Shown: piece after piece, positions 8,685-16,851 of the stretch
How positions within the stretch are numbered: the first letter of the stretch is position 1
How the letters are laid out: every line of letters starts with the position of its first letter
Virus record (IMG/VR): IMGVR_UViG_3300023283_000169
Location: 1 to 45,244 of that record
Reading direction: 5' to 3' (one strand)
Length of the DNA: 45,244 bases
Source of the DNA: a virus
Taxonomy: Duplodnaviria > Caudoviricetes
The notes under the pieces: generated by a model
Told to the model about the DNA's origin: nothing
The model's input: only the letters and a program-made list of their open reading frames with translations
Databases searched by the model: none
Made by a program: the position numbers and the translations under genes

Positions 8685-8918
8685 ATGGAAAAGCAGACCG
8701 TGACGTTCCGGGGTCGGACGTTCGAGGTGCCGAGCCTGAGAGCGGACGACTTCATTCGGGAGCGCGTGCTGGATCCGAACGGGTCCGACATCGACGCGAT
8801 GTTCGTGACGCTGGACGGGCTCGCGGAGCAGGAGGGCTGGTCGAGAGCCGAGCGCGGCGCGATGCTGAACGTGCTCGACGAGAAACTCCCCGACTGGCTC
8901 GCGGTCGTCGGCGACTGA
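8685..8918 (+). CDS. Early hypothetical protein
   Basis: AACGCGGGAGGAG RBS after P3. Confidence 0.75.
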   Translation: MEKQTVTFRGRTFEVPSLRADDFIRERVLDPNGSDIDAMFVTLDGLAEQEGWSRAERGAMLNVLDEKLPDWLAVVGD

Positions 8919-9124
8919 TGGACGGGCGCACGTTCTACCCGTTCCCACGCGGCTACGACGTCCGGGGGCTCGCGAAGCGGTTGAGCGCGATGTTCCCGGC
9001 GGAGTCGGTCGTGTACGGGTCGACACACCACAGCATAATCCTGAAAGCGGACGCGCCGGACCAGCTCGTCCGGCGCGTGGTGCGGGCCCGCCGCGAGGCC
9101 CGAGAAATGGAGGCGCACGGATGA
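8918..9124 (+). CDS. Hypothetical protein
   Basis: TGATG coupling with upstream gene. Confidence 0.7.
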   Translation: MDGRTFYPFPRGYDVRGLAKRLSAMFPAESVVYGSTHHSIILKADAPDQLVRRVVRARREAREMEAHG

Positions 9125-9312
9125 CACGACTCAAGGAGTACGAGCGATGGGAGCCAGCCGAGGAGACCGACGGCGAGCCCTTGATATGTCTACGGTGCGG
9201 GAAGCAAACCGAGGCTCTGATCTGCGATCCAACGGGCGGGCCCGAGATGGTCCTGGGGGAGAGGTGCCGACCGTGCGGGTGGGTCATTCGCTTCGACGGA
9301 GAGGGGGAGTAG
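9121..9312 (+). CDS. Small Zn-ribbon protein
   Basis: CLRC...CRPC; ATGA overlap. Confidence 0.7.
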   Translation: MTRLKEYERWEPAEETDGEPLICLRCGKQTEALICDPTGGPEMVLGERCRPCGWVIRFDGEGE

Positions 9313-9314
9313 AC

Positions 9315-9527
9315 GTGGCGAGAGGGATGCACGCCTCGATCACCGAGGACCGCGTGGTGGACGCGGTGGAGCGCGGGATGTTCGGGCTGGACAACCCAGG
9401 GTTCTGCCTGGCCTGCGGTGAGGAGCAGGGCGGGTGCGAGCCGGACGCCAGGTACTACGAGTGCGAGGGGTGCGGGGAGCGTCAGGTCTTCGGAGCCGAG
9501 GAGGTCCTCCTCATGGTTGCGGTCTGA
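9315..9527 (+). CDS. Small Zn-ribbon protein
   Basis: GFCLACG...EPDA..YECEGCG. Confidence 0.75.
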   Translation: MARGMHASITEDRVVDAVERGMFGLDNPGFCLACGEEQGGCEPDARYYECEGCGERQVFGAEEVLLMVAV

Positions 9528-9569
9528 GCGGGGGGTACGGGGCGCCGCGAAACCACCTTTCCTCCACCC

Positions 9570-9598
9570 TTGACTTCTATCGCAGAATGCGATAAGAT
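9570..9598 (+). promoter_or_regulatory. Promoter P4 with perfect operator
   Basis: TTGACT-17 nt-TAAGAT; TATCGCA-GAA-TGCGATA at 9578-9594. Confidence 0.9.
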
Positions 9599-9643
9599 AG
9601 AAGTATGAGAGTAACGAACCACAACCCAAACGCGGGAGAGAAA

Positions 9644-9883
9644 ATGGCCAAGCCGGACGCACTTCAGCTCGTGGAGCGCGAGGGCGGCCTGTTCGACATC
9701 GTCGACGAGGAGTACAACGTGGTCGTCGAGGGGCCGTTCACGCACGCGAAGCAGGCTCGTGACTGGCTGATCTCGGAGAGCGAGATCGTTCGAAAGGACC
9801 ACTCCAAGCTCATGGACCGGGTGATGGAGATCCGGGCCGAGCTGGTACAGATGGTCGACCTCATCCGGCGGCTCCGGGCCTAA
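9644..9883 (+). CDS. Early hypothetical protein (C-terminal coiled coil)
   Basis: AACGCGGGAG RBS after P4. Confidence 0.75.
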   Translation: MAKPDALQLVEREGGLFDIVDEEYNVVVEGPFTHAKQARDWLISESEIVRKDHSKLMDRVMEIRAELVQMVDLIRRLRA

Positions 9884-9892
9884 CACACCAAC

Positions 9893-9930
9893 GGGTGCCG
9901 GCGGTCGGAGCATCGCCGGCACCCTTCTTC
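9893..9930 (+). terminator. Intrinsic terminator-like hairpin
   Basis: GGGTGCCGGCG/CGCCGGCACCC perfect 11-bp stem followed by TTCTTC. Confidence 0.6.
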
Positions 9931-9945
9931 AACGCGGGAGGAACC

Positions 9946-10140
9946 ATGGAGCAGTTAAGAGAAGCGATGGAGCGGGCAGGATTCAAGGTCAGCGGGCCGA
10001 CGAAGCGAGGAGTCTGCAAAGTCTGTGAGAAGCGGCCGGCGATGTGCGGCACCGGGATGTGCTACACGTACTGCGAGATGAGCCGCGAGATCACGGATCG
10101 ATGCGACCGGGCGTGGGGTGGAGAGCGCAACGGAACGTAA
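9946..10140 (+). CDS. Small Cys-rich protein
   Basis: AACGCGGGAGG RBS; CKVC...C...CYTYC. Confidence 0.7.
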   Translation: MEQLREAMERAGFKVSGPTKRGVCKVCEKRPAMCGTGMCYTYCEMSREITDRCDRAWGGERNGT

Positions 10141-10162
10141 CCTGCAACGAGGGAGAGGTACG

Positions 10163-10396
10163 ATGAGCCTGAAAACGGTGGAGCAGGCGCTGGCCGAGTT
10201 GGGGCTAGCGGACACGAACGCAGAGCGGCTGGCGGCGGTGGCGGCGGACGCGCACCGGCAGGTCTGCAAGATGGACCTGGGCCAGCTGTCGCTCGCGCAC
10301 AAGAACGCGGTGGTCGACGCGTTCGTGATTCTCGCCGAGTTCTACGGCATGCATAACGGGCCGGGGACACGGTTCGAGTTCTTGGAGGACCAATGA
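10163..10396 (+). CDS. Hypothetical protein
   Basis: GGAGAGG RBS; coupled to next gene. Confidence 0.7.
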   Translation: MSLKTVEQALAELGLADTNAERLAAVAADAHRQVCKMDLGQLSLAHKNAVVDAFVILAEFYGMHNGPGTRFEFLEDQ

Positions 10397-10818
10397 AGCG
10401 CGCCCAGATCGACCGCAGCGGGTGGCGGTGTGGTGGGTGGAACAAAGACCGCCACGGAAAGGGTTCGACGCTGCTCAGGAACGAGGAGGGGTACATGTGT
10501 TGTCTCGGGTTCCGGGCCGTCGAAGCGTTCGTCGCGTGCGGGATGGAAGAGCAGCGAGCGCTCCAGATGGTGGAGGGAAAAAAAGAGCCCTACGAGTTCC
10601 TGGAAACGTCTGTGCCCATATCGGACCGTGCGCTGATGGCGCTGGACAAAGTACTGGTTGACGTGTATAGCGGTGACGCCACAGAGTTCGCGTACCGAGC
10701 AATGGAGCTGAACGACGCCGACGGCCTGTCTCGTGATGAGCGCGAGGAAGCGCTCGTCAGGCTCGCGGCGGAGTACGGCGAGGAGTGGGTCTTCGTGGGG
10801 GAGTACTCCGATGGCTGA
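10393..10818 (+). CDS. Hypothetical protein (MCCLG motif)
   Basis: GGAGG RBS; overlaps with flanking genes. Confidence 0.75.
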   Translation: MKRAQIDRSGWRCGGWNKDRHGKGSTLLRNEEGYMCCLGFRAVEAFVACGMEEQRALQMVEGKKEPYEFLETSVPISDRALMALDKVLVDVYSGDATEFAYRAMELNDADGLSRDEREEALVRLAAEYGEEWVFVGEYSDG

Positions 10819-11230
10819 TGCCCGGCGTGGGATGCCCGGCCCGCTCTCCGACGACAGGCTCGACGGGCCCGTAGGGTTCGGGAAGCACCGGACCGAGACG
10901 TGGAACGAGGTCATCGTGAGAGACCCGTCGTACGCCGCGTTTGCGGTGGCGAGCATGGATCGTCTCGACACGGATCTGCGCGAGCAGATTGAGCGCGGGC
11001 TGGAAGACACGTACGCGTCGGTGCTGGAGTGGCCGGTGGGGTTCGGGAAGCATTCCAAGCTGACGTGGGAGGAGGTGATTGACGCGGATCCGGGCTGGAC
11101 GTGGTGGGCGGTGGACGAGGTGGAGAGGCTGGGAGACGAGCTGCGAACCGAGGTGCGGGAAGCCCTGATCGAGGCGGGTCACGAGAACCCGATGGAAGAC
11201 TACAACGACCGCGTCACCCGCGAATGGTGA
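10811..11230 (+). CDS. Protein of two tandem FGKH (DUF3820/ExoX C-terminal-like) domains
   Basis: PVGFGKH..TW.EVI..DP occurs twice. Confidence 0.75.
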   Translation: MADARRGMPGPLSDDRLDGPVGFGKHRTETWNEVIVRDPSYAAFAVASMDRLDTDLREQIERGLEDTYASVLEWPVGFGKHSKLTWEEVIDADPGWTWWAVDEVERLGDELRTEVREALIEAGHENPMEDYNDRVTREW

Positions 11231-11253
11231 GGCGGCAGCACAGAGGAGGAACG

Positions 11254-11583
11254 ATGAGCGCAAAGGAGACGAGTCTACTGGAAGCCCTCAACGAGCACGG
11301 GGACCGGATGAGGGAGTGCGAGGGACACAGGGCGATGTTGGAAAACCTCAAGGTTGACGATTTGCAGATGATGCAGCACGTCGCCATGGCCGTCGTGAAA
11401 GCGAGCGAGGGCGAGGACGTGGATCACGAGATGCAGGTACTGGTCCAGATCATCGTCCTGTCCGCCATGATACTCTCGGGGCTGGCGATCGAGATGTGCC
11501 TCGCGGAATCGCCCGCGCTCGCCGACCTCATCGATGGATCCGGCGGGAACAACGGGCGAGAGCGGAGTGGTCCGCGTGGGTGA
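11254..11583 (+). CDS. Hypothetical protein with hydrophobic segment
   Basis: GAGGAGGAACGATG start. Confidence 0.75.
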   Translation: MSAKETSLLEALNEHGDRMRECEGHRAMLENLKVDDLQMMQHVAMAVVKASEGEDVDHEMQVLVQIIVLSAMILSGLAIEMCLAESPALADLIDGSGGNNGRERSGPRG

Positions 11584-11854
11584 TCCGGGGGCGATCCTAG
11601 AGCGCTGGCGTTCGTGGCTCACGCGGATGCTCCGGCGCGACGACCCCCCCACCCCACCACCACCCCACCCGGAGGGGGAAACAGAGCCCCACGCCTATCT
11701 CTCGACCCTCACGTGCGAGTATTGCGGGGCCCTCGTCCCCCAACGGGAGGCTGGATACGTACGCGGGTACTACGGAGAGCTGCATGTGACGTGCCGGTCT
11801 GGCCCGACTGGACATAGTGTTGCACCTTGCGATAGATTGAAGCCAAGGAGGTAG
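11576..11854 (+). CDS. Hypothetical Pro-rich/Zn-binding protein (start uncertain)
   Basis: CEYC...H.TC; fills the gap between flanking genes. Confidence 0.5.
   Translation: MGDPGAILERWRSWLTRMLRRDDPPTPPPPHPEGETEPHAYLSTLTCEYCGALVPQREAGYVRGYYGELHVTCRSGPTGHSVAPCDRLKPRR
11809..11838 (+). promoter_or_regulatory. Promoter with degenerate operator upstream of HTH gene
   Basis: TGGACA-18 nt-TAGATT with TGTTGCA-CCT-TGCGATA. Confidence 0.6.
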
Positions 11855-11855
11855 T

Positions 11856-12101
11856 ATGGGAGAAACCGAAAGCAACGGACTCGGGGAGCGCATCGATCGC
11901 GTGTACATGGTCCTGCACGATGTCGACGACCCGAACGGCAGCAGAACGTGGTTTGCCGGAGAGGCGGAGACGACCTACAGCACGGTCTGGCGGTGGGTGC
12001 GCGGGGAGGTGGAGCCGAACGCGCTGGCGATGCGGCTGCTCGATCGCCTGGAGAAAAAGGCCGACCGCAAGCTGGCGAGGCAGAAGAAAGCGGAATCGTG
12101 A
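11856..12101 (+). CDS. Cro/XRE-like helix-turn-helix regulator
   Basis: SRTWFAGEAETTYSTVWRWVRGEVEP HTH pattern; AGGAGG RBS. Confidence 0.75.
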   Translation: MGETESNGLGERIDRVYMVLHDVDDPNGSRTWFAGEAETTYSTVWRWVRGEVEPNALAMRLLDRLEKKADRKLARQKKAES

Positions 12102-12116
12102 ACACGAGGAGGAGCG

Positions 12117-13346
12117 ATGACGGAACGCGAGGTGGAAGAAGTCGAGGCGGAGGTCGTGGAGGGTGAAGAGGACGAGGGCGGAACAGTAGAGGCCGGCGTT
12201 TCGCTGACGAGGCGGCGCCCCGCGTCGACCCCGATCAAGCCCGAACCGGTCAGCATGGTCGACTACCTCGACGAGATCGCGTCGGAAGAGGCGATGGAAG
12301 CGCAGGGTCGGCTGAGCAAGGCGTACTCCGACTACTGCCACGCGATCCTCGACGAGAGCGATCAGCAGGAGATCGAGGGTCGGGCGTTCAAGAAGAAGTC
12401 CGCGTGGAGGAAGTTGGGTAGGGCGTTCCAGGTCAGCACCGAAATCATCGACGAGTCGGGATGGTGGGAGGCGGACCCGGACGAGGGGGTCCGCCACTTC
12501 GTCGCGAAGTACGTCGTGAGGGCGACCGCGCCGTGGGGCCAGTACACCGAAGCGGTCGGTTCGTGCTCGACCCGCGAGGATCGGTTCTACTCGACCGGGG
12601 CATCCTGCCCGGAATGCGGTGGGCCGATGTGGGACAACCGCCGGGCGATCACGGGGAAGGACCCGAACGCGCCGGCATGGAAGCGTCAGCTGGCGGCGTT
12701 CACGTGCCGGGACAAGTCGTGCGCGGGCGAGATCGGCGACATGGATCACGAGACGTCGAGGGTTCCGAACCGTTCGGCGAGGGCGAAGGCAGACCACGAC
12801 GTACGGTCCACGGCCCAGACGAGGGCCACCAACCGGGCCATCTCGGACCTGATCGCCGCCGGAGAGGTCAGCGCGGAGGAGGTCGACCAGGGGCCCAACG
12901 GATCCGCGGCGAGCGAAGAGCCGGACGACGCGAAGACGAGCCTGCTGTGGCGGAACGTCGGGTTCGGGAAGCACGCCGCGAAGGCGTGGGGGTGGGTCGT
13001 GAAGAACGACCCCGAGTTCGCGATGAAGGCGGTGAACGAAGGGAAGCTGGAGGGCCAGGAAGCCGACGAGCTGAGGTCCGTGCTCCCGATCACGCAGGCG
13101 TACCGGGACGAGGTCGCGTTGCTCCTCGACACGAGGGTGTTCGAAGACGGAGACGAGAAGCACCAGAAGATGAAGCAATGGTGCGTCGGCGTGGCGTCGG
13201 GAGAGCTGTCCCCGTCGATAAAGAAGGCGCAGGACGCGATCGTGAAGATCGGGATGCTCGAAAGCAAGGAGCCGGAAGAGCCCGAGCCTCAATCCGACGA
13301 CTCGAATGGAGACGATGATGAGTTCGAAGACGAGCTCCCGTTCTGA
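12117..13346 (+). CDS. Putative ssDNA-annealing/recombination protein with Zn ribbon, FGKH domain and SSB-like acidic tail
   Basis: KKSAWRKL...STAQTRATNRAISDL core; CPECGGPMWDNR...C...C; ends DDDEFEDELPF. Confidence 0.6.
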   Translation: MTEREVEEVEAEVVEGEEDEGGTVEAGVSLTRRRPASTPIKPEPVSMVDYLDEIASEEAMEAQGRLSKAYSDYCHAILDESDQQEIEGRAFKKKSAWRKLGRAFQVSTEIIDESGWWEADPDEGVRHFVAKYVVRATAPWGQYTEAVGSCSTREDRFYSTGASCPECGGPMWDNRRAITGKDPNAPAWKRQLAAFTCRDKSCAGEIGDMDHETSRVPNRSARAKADHDVRSTAQTRATNRAISDLIAAGEVSAEEVDQGPNGSAASEEPDDAKTSLLWRNVGFGKHAAKAWGWVVKNDPEFAMKAVNEGKLEGQEADELRSVLPITQAYRDEVALLLDTRVFEDGDEKHQKMKQWCVGVASGELSPSIKKAQDAIVKIGMLESKEPEEPEPQSDDSNGDDDEFEDELPF

Positions 13347-13384
13347 CGAGGCGCCCGACGACGAGCGGGCGTGGACGGGGGACA

Positions 13385-13746
13385 TGGACGAGCTGGTGAA
13401 GACGCTGGAATCCCTCGCGGTCGACGAGGCCGATCTGGCGCACGGGGCGGGACAAGAATCGCCGTATCCGTGGGCGTGGAGGTGGTTGAGCAGGGGCGGG
13501 GTCGCCTCGTGCCGGGTGGTGGGAAAGGGGCCGGAGATGAGGCTGCAGCACAGACTGTCGATCCCGAAGAAAGCGGTCACGTTGAAGCAGAAGGAGGCGT
13601 GGGGAAGAGCGGTGGACCGGTACGAGGAGGCGGCGGGACTCGGGGCGCCGGGATACGCAAGGATGGAGCAGCCCGACGACATGGAAGACCAGGGCAGCGC
13701 CGCGTACTGGACGGAGCATGTACAACCGAAGGGGGCGGAAGAGTGA
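13385..13746 (+). CDS. Hypothetical protein
   Basis: GGGGA before ATG 13385; GTGA overlap with exonuclease. Confidence 0.6.
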
Positions 13747-14489
13747 CCGAGGTGAAGATACGGCTCGAAGACGTTCTGGTGGTCGACGTGGAGACCACGA
13801 GTACCGACGTCACGACCGCGCGGATCGTCGAGATCGGGGCCTGCCGGCTGGACGGAACGGGCGAGGTCTCTCTTCTGGTGCATCCCGGCATCCCCATCCC
13901 GGCGGAGGCGACCGAGGTCCACGGGATCACGAACGAGGACGTGACGCCAGCGCCCGCCTTTGAGGCCATCGCGGGACGCATCCAGAAGTTGATCGACAGA
14001 GCCTCCGCGATCGCCGGCTACAACAGCCGGGACTTCGACTGCGCGGTGCTCGACGCCGAGCTTCGCCGCGCCGGGCGGGCCGGGATCCCGGACGAGCTGC
14101 CCGACCTTGACGCCTTCCGGGTCTGGCAGGCGATTGAGGGACGGACGCTGGCAGACGCGGTCGCACGGTTCGGCAGCCTGGAGGCGAACACGCTGGAGAT
14201 GCACCGGGCGTCGTCCGACGCGCTCGCCACGGCGTCCGTGATCATGGGGATGGCCGACCGGTTCAGGCTCTCGATCGACAGCATGGTAGAGTTGACGCGA
14301 GACGAGAGGGCCGTCGATCGGGCGGGGAAGTTCAGGTACGACGACGATGGCGAGATCGTGTTCGCGTTCGGGAAACACTGCGACCGGCTCGCGAAGCGGC
14401 ACGGGGAGTACCTGCGGTGGATGTTGGGGGCCGACTTCCCGCCGTCGACGAAAGACGTCTGCCGCCGGATCCTGAAAGGGAAGCCGTGA
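13743..14489 (+). CDS. DEDDh 3'-5' exonuclease (DnaQ/ExoX-like) with C-terminal FGKH domain
   Basis: VVDVETT (Exo I), YNSRDFD (Exo II), HRASSD (Exo III). Confidence 0.9.
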   Translation: MTEVKIRLEDVLVVDVETTSTDVTTARIVEIGACRLDGTGEVSLLVHPGIPIPAEATEVHGITNEDVTPAPAFEAIAGRIQKLIDRASAIAGYNSRDFDCAVLDAELRRAGRAGIPDELPDLDAFRVWQAIEGRTLADAVARFGSLEANTLEMHRASSDALATASVIMGMADRFRLSIDSMVELTRDERAVDRAGKFRYDDDGEIVFAFGKHCDRLAKRHGEYLRWMLGADFPPSTKDVCRRILKGKP

Positions 14490-14704
14490 GGTACGGCGGG
14501 CCCGGCCCGGCGCACCGGACGCCAGTGGACCGAAAGAGCTGGGTCGAGGTCGAGTGCGCCTCATGCGGGGACACATTCGAGTCCCCGCCCTCGACCGGAG
14601 AGAACGCGATTTTCCGCTGGTGCCCGGAGTGTCTGGGAAGACAGGCGAACAGGCGGAAAGACCGTGGCGGCGAGTACAGGGCGCCGAAGCCGCTACCGTA
14701 CTGA
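14486..14704 (+). CDS. Small Zn-ribbon protein
   Basis: CASCG...WCPEC; GTGA overlap. Confidence 0.65.
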   Translation: MRYGGPGPAHRTPVDRKSWVEVECASCGDTFESPPSTGENAIFRWCPECLGRQANRRKDRGGEYRAPKPLPY

Positions 14705-14717
14705 ACGAGGAGGAACG

Positions 14718-15455
14718 ATGAAAACGCTGTACGAGATCGAAGACGCGGTAAAGGACCTGCTGATCGAGGCCCGAGCGATCGAGACGGAGATCGAGGAGGC
14801 CGGCGGGGAGGTGGACCCCGCGATGGAGTCCAGGTACGACAGGGTGATGGAGGCGCTCGACAACGCGCTCGGAGAGGGCGAGGAGAAGATCGAGCGGTAC
14901 GTGATGGTGTGGAGGAACCTGATGGCCGAGGCCGAGATCGAGGATCTCCGCACGAAGCAGTACAGCCGCGAGGCGAGCCGGTTCAGGGCGCGGAAGAACC
15001 AGATCCAGAGGCAGGTCGACAACATGAAGTGCAGGGCGGGCCGGGCGATGCATCGGTTCGGCGTCGGCATCGGGAAGAAGCACAACGGCGAGAAGGTGTC
15101 GTTCGCGGTGTACAGGTCGTCGAGGCCGAGTGTGGAGATTTTCGACCACGCCAGGATCCCCAACACACACAAGGGCGTCCGCCTGGTGCTGGACGGGCGG
15201 GTCGGTGAAGACGTGCTCCGGTGGATCGCGAGCCGGTGGAACCTGGCCCATCCCGAAGACGAGCTGGGGCTGGAAGACCTGGCGAACGAGATCCGGGGGT
15301 CGGACGGGGTGAACGAGATCGAAGTGTCCGTCGACACGACATCGGTGCTGGCCGAGCTCCGGGAAAACGGAGACGACCCGAAGACGGTCGGGCGTCACGT
15401 GCTTGACGACTACGGCGTGATCCTGGAATACACCGAATACGTGAGGGACTGGTAG
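14718..15455 (+). CDS. Siphovirus Gp157/Gam-like coiled-coil protein
   Basis: MKTLYEI start; EEKIE.Y..V.RNL; long helical N-half; S.PSVEIFD...IP. Confidence 0.7.
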   Translation: MKTLYEIEDAVKDLLIEARAIETEIEEAGGEVDPAMESRYDRVMEALDNALGEGEEKIERYVMVWRNLMAEAEIEDLRTKQYSREASRFRARKNQIQRQVDNMKCRAGRAMHRFGVGIGKKHNGEKVSFAVYRSSRPSVEIFDHARIPNTHKGVRLVLDGRVGEDVLRWIASRWNLAHPEDELGLEDLANEIRGSDGVNEIEVSVDTTSVLAELRENGDDPKTVGRHVLDDYGVILEYTEYVRDW

Positions 15456-15476
15456 GGCAACCGAGGGGAGGATCGA

Positions 15477-15716
15477 ATGAAGGTCTGCACTTTCGTGAAC
15501 AGCGTACGATGCACGGCGGTGGAGAGGCTGTTTTTCGGGGGCGTGGTGATCACGTTCGAAGACAGCCGGGGCGAGGAGTACTCGCTTTTCCCGCCCCCCA
15601 ACGCTCCACGGCCCAGGGTTGGGGAGGACTATCGCCTCATCCTGACGAACGACGACGGCTTGATCCAGAGGCTGCCCGAAGAGGAGGGGCGACCGATGAG
15701 CGGGGCCGCGCGGTGA
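15477..15716 (+). CDS. Hypothetical protein
   Basis: GGAGG RBS. Confidence 0.65.
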   Translation: MKVCTFVNSVRCTAVERLFFGGVVITFEDSRGEEYSLFPPPNAPRPRVGEDYRLILTNDDGLIQRLPEEEGRPMSGAAR

Positions 15717-15994
15717 GCCCGTCACCGTGGGTCGAGCTCCCGACGGAGCTCAAGGCGATTGTGTTGATCGGGCTGGCGATGGTATTTGGCGCGGTGATCG
15801 CGGGAATCTTTGGTGTGGTGCGAAGGGTGGGGGCCGCACGTTGGATTGCATGCCACCTACCACGAGAGGTCGTCTACTGGTGCCTGGTCCGGGCCGGGGT
15901 CCATGCCAGCACGGGTCGGTGGAGGGAACAGGTTGTTCCGGAGCTGACGCTACACGAGACGATGGAACGGTGGGAGGGGCTCGACGATGAGTGA
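15713..15994 (+). CDS. Small membrane protein
   Basis: One TM (AIVLIGLAMVFGAVIAGIFGVV); GTGA overlap. Confidence 0.65.
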   Translation: MSPSPWVELPTELKAIVLIGLAMVFGAVIAGIFGVVRRVGAARWIACHLPREVVYWCLVRAGVHASTGRWREQVVPELTLHETMERWEGLDDE

Positions 15995-16229
15995 CGACCG
16001 GCTGGAAAAGGTCGAGATCGGGTTCGTGACCTTCTCTCTCTCCCCCTATGGCGACAGGAAGTACAAGGCGACCGTCTGGCCGACCGCTGCTTCCGCGAGG
16101 AGGTATGGAAAACCATTTCGGCTCGCAGTCTCTCTGCCACCAGACGCCCTGGATGAACAGCCCGCCCCAGAGGATCTTGAATACCGTCTTGAACGCGTTG
16201 TGTTCGAGGGGGCCGACGATGAGGAGTAA
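15987..16229 (+). CDS. Hypothetical protein
   Basis: Overlaps upstream stop; GGAGG RBS. Confidence 0.65.
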   Translation: MSDDRLEKVEIGFVTFSLSPYGDRKYKATVWPTAASARRYGKPFRLAVSLPPDALDEQPAPEDLEYRLERVVFEGADDEE

Positions 16230-16261
16230 CGCGATCCCGATGGAGGAGGAAAGGAGGCAGC

Positions 16262-16639
16262 ATGGGTACTGATCTGATTCTGACGCGACGCACGTTCGTG
16301 GGCGGAATGCTGGCAGCGATCGGGTCGCAGGCGATCGACTCACGGGTGGTCCGGTCGATCGGGGGCGCGACGGACAGCGTGGTCCGACCCGTGGCAAACC
16401 GCAAGGATCCGGGAAGCGGCCTGTGGGTCATCGATGGCCACGTGCGAGACATGAGCCTGAGAACGGACCCCGTCGACATCACAACCCGCGACTCGGACTG
16501 GCGAGAGTGGATTCCGGGGCTGGCGAGCATCGAGCTCCGGTTCATTCCCGTGGGCGAGATCATGATGGACATGAACACAATCGAGGAGTGGGCAGCAGCG
16601 GGCCACCCCGCGTCCCTCGTGCTCGGGAAGTGGAGGTAG
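16262..16639 (+). CDS. Twin-arginine-signal-like protein with tail-tube-like segment
   Basis: TRRTFVGG followed by hydrophobic stretch; DPVDITTRDSDWREWIPGL. Confidence 0.7.
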   Translation: MGTDLILTRRTFVGGMLAAIGSQAIDSRVVRSIGGATDSVVRPVANRKDPGSGLWVIDGHVRDMSLRTDPVDITTRDSDWREWIPGLASIELRFIPVGEIMMDMNTIEEWAAAGHPASLVLGKWR

Positions 16640-16651
16640 GGGCACGAAAGC

Positions 16652-16829
16652 AAGCCGAAGTTCTAGATATATCCGAAGGTCTTGAGCGAGCCGAACGCGA
16701 CCAGATGCCCAGATCCGCTGAGCGAGCCGAGAGCCCTTGACCTGTATCGCAACGCGCGACATGTTCAGAGAACGGGACATCCCACGAGGGGACGAGCCGA
16801 CGTAGACGAGGTGCCCATAGCGAACGAGC
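16652..16829 (+). ncRNA. Upstream TIGR-like mini-array (units 16652-16687, 16688-16723, 16794-16829; degenerate 70 nt between)
   Basis: Same 5-9-9-9-4 unit as main array, e.g. gagcc gacgtagac gaggtgccc atagcgaac gagc. Confidence 0.8.
16737..16765 (+). promoter_or_regulatory. Promoter/operator upstream of tas gene
   Basis: cccTTGACC-17 nt-CATGTT with TATCGCA-ACG-CGCGACA; same geometry as P1-P4. Confidence 0.6.
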
Positions 16830-16851
16830 GCAACTCAACCGAGGAGGAACG

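Noticed and set aside
11709-15725. 1338-aa minus-strand ORF and other long minus-strand ORFs (e.g. 25047-26732, 31166-33085, 36552-38480)
   Set aside because: Antisense shadows of well-supported + strand genes in high-GC DNA; R/P/H/V-rich with no motifs.
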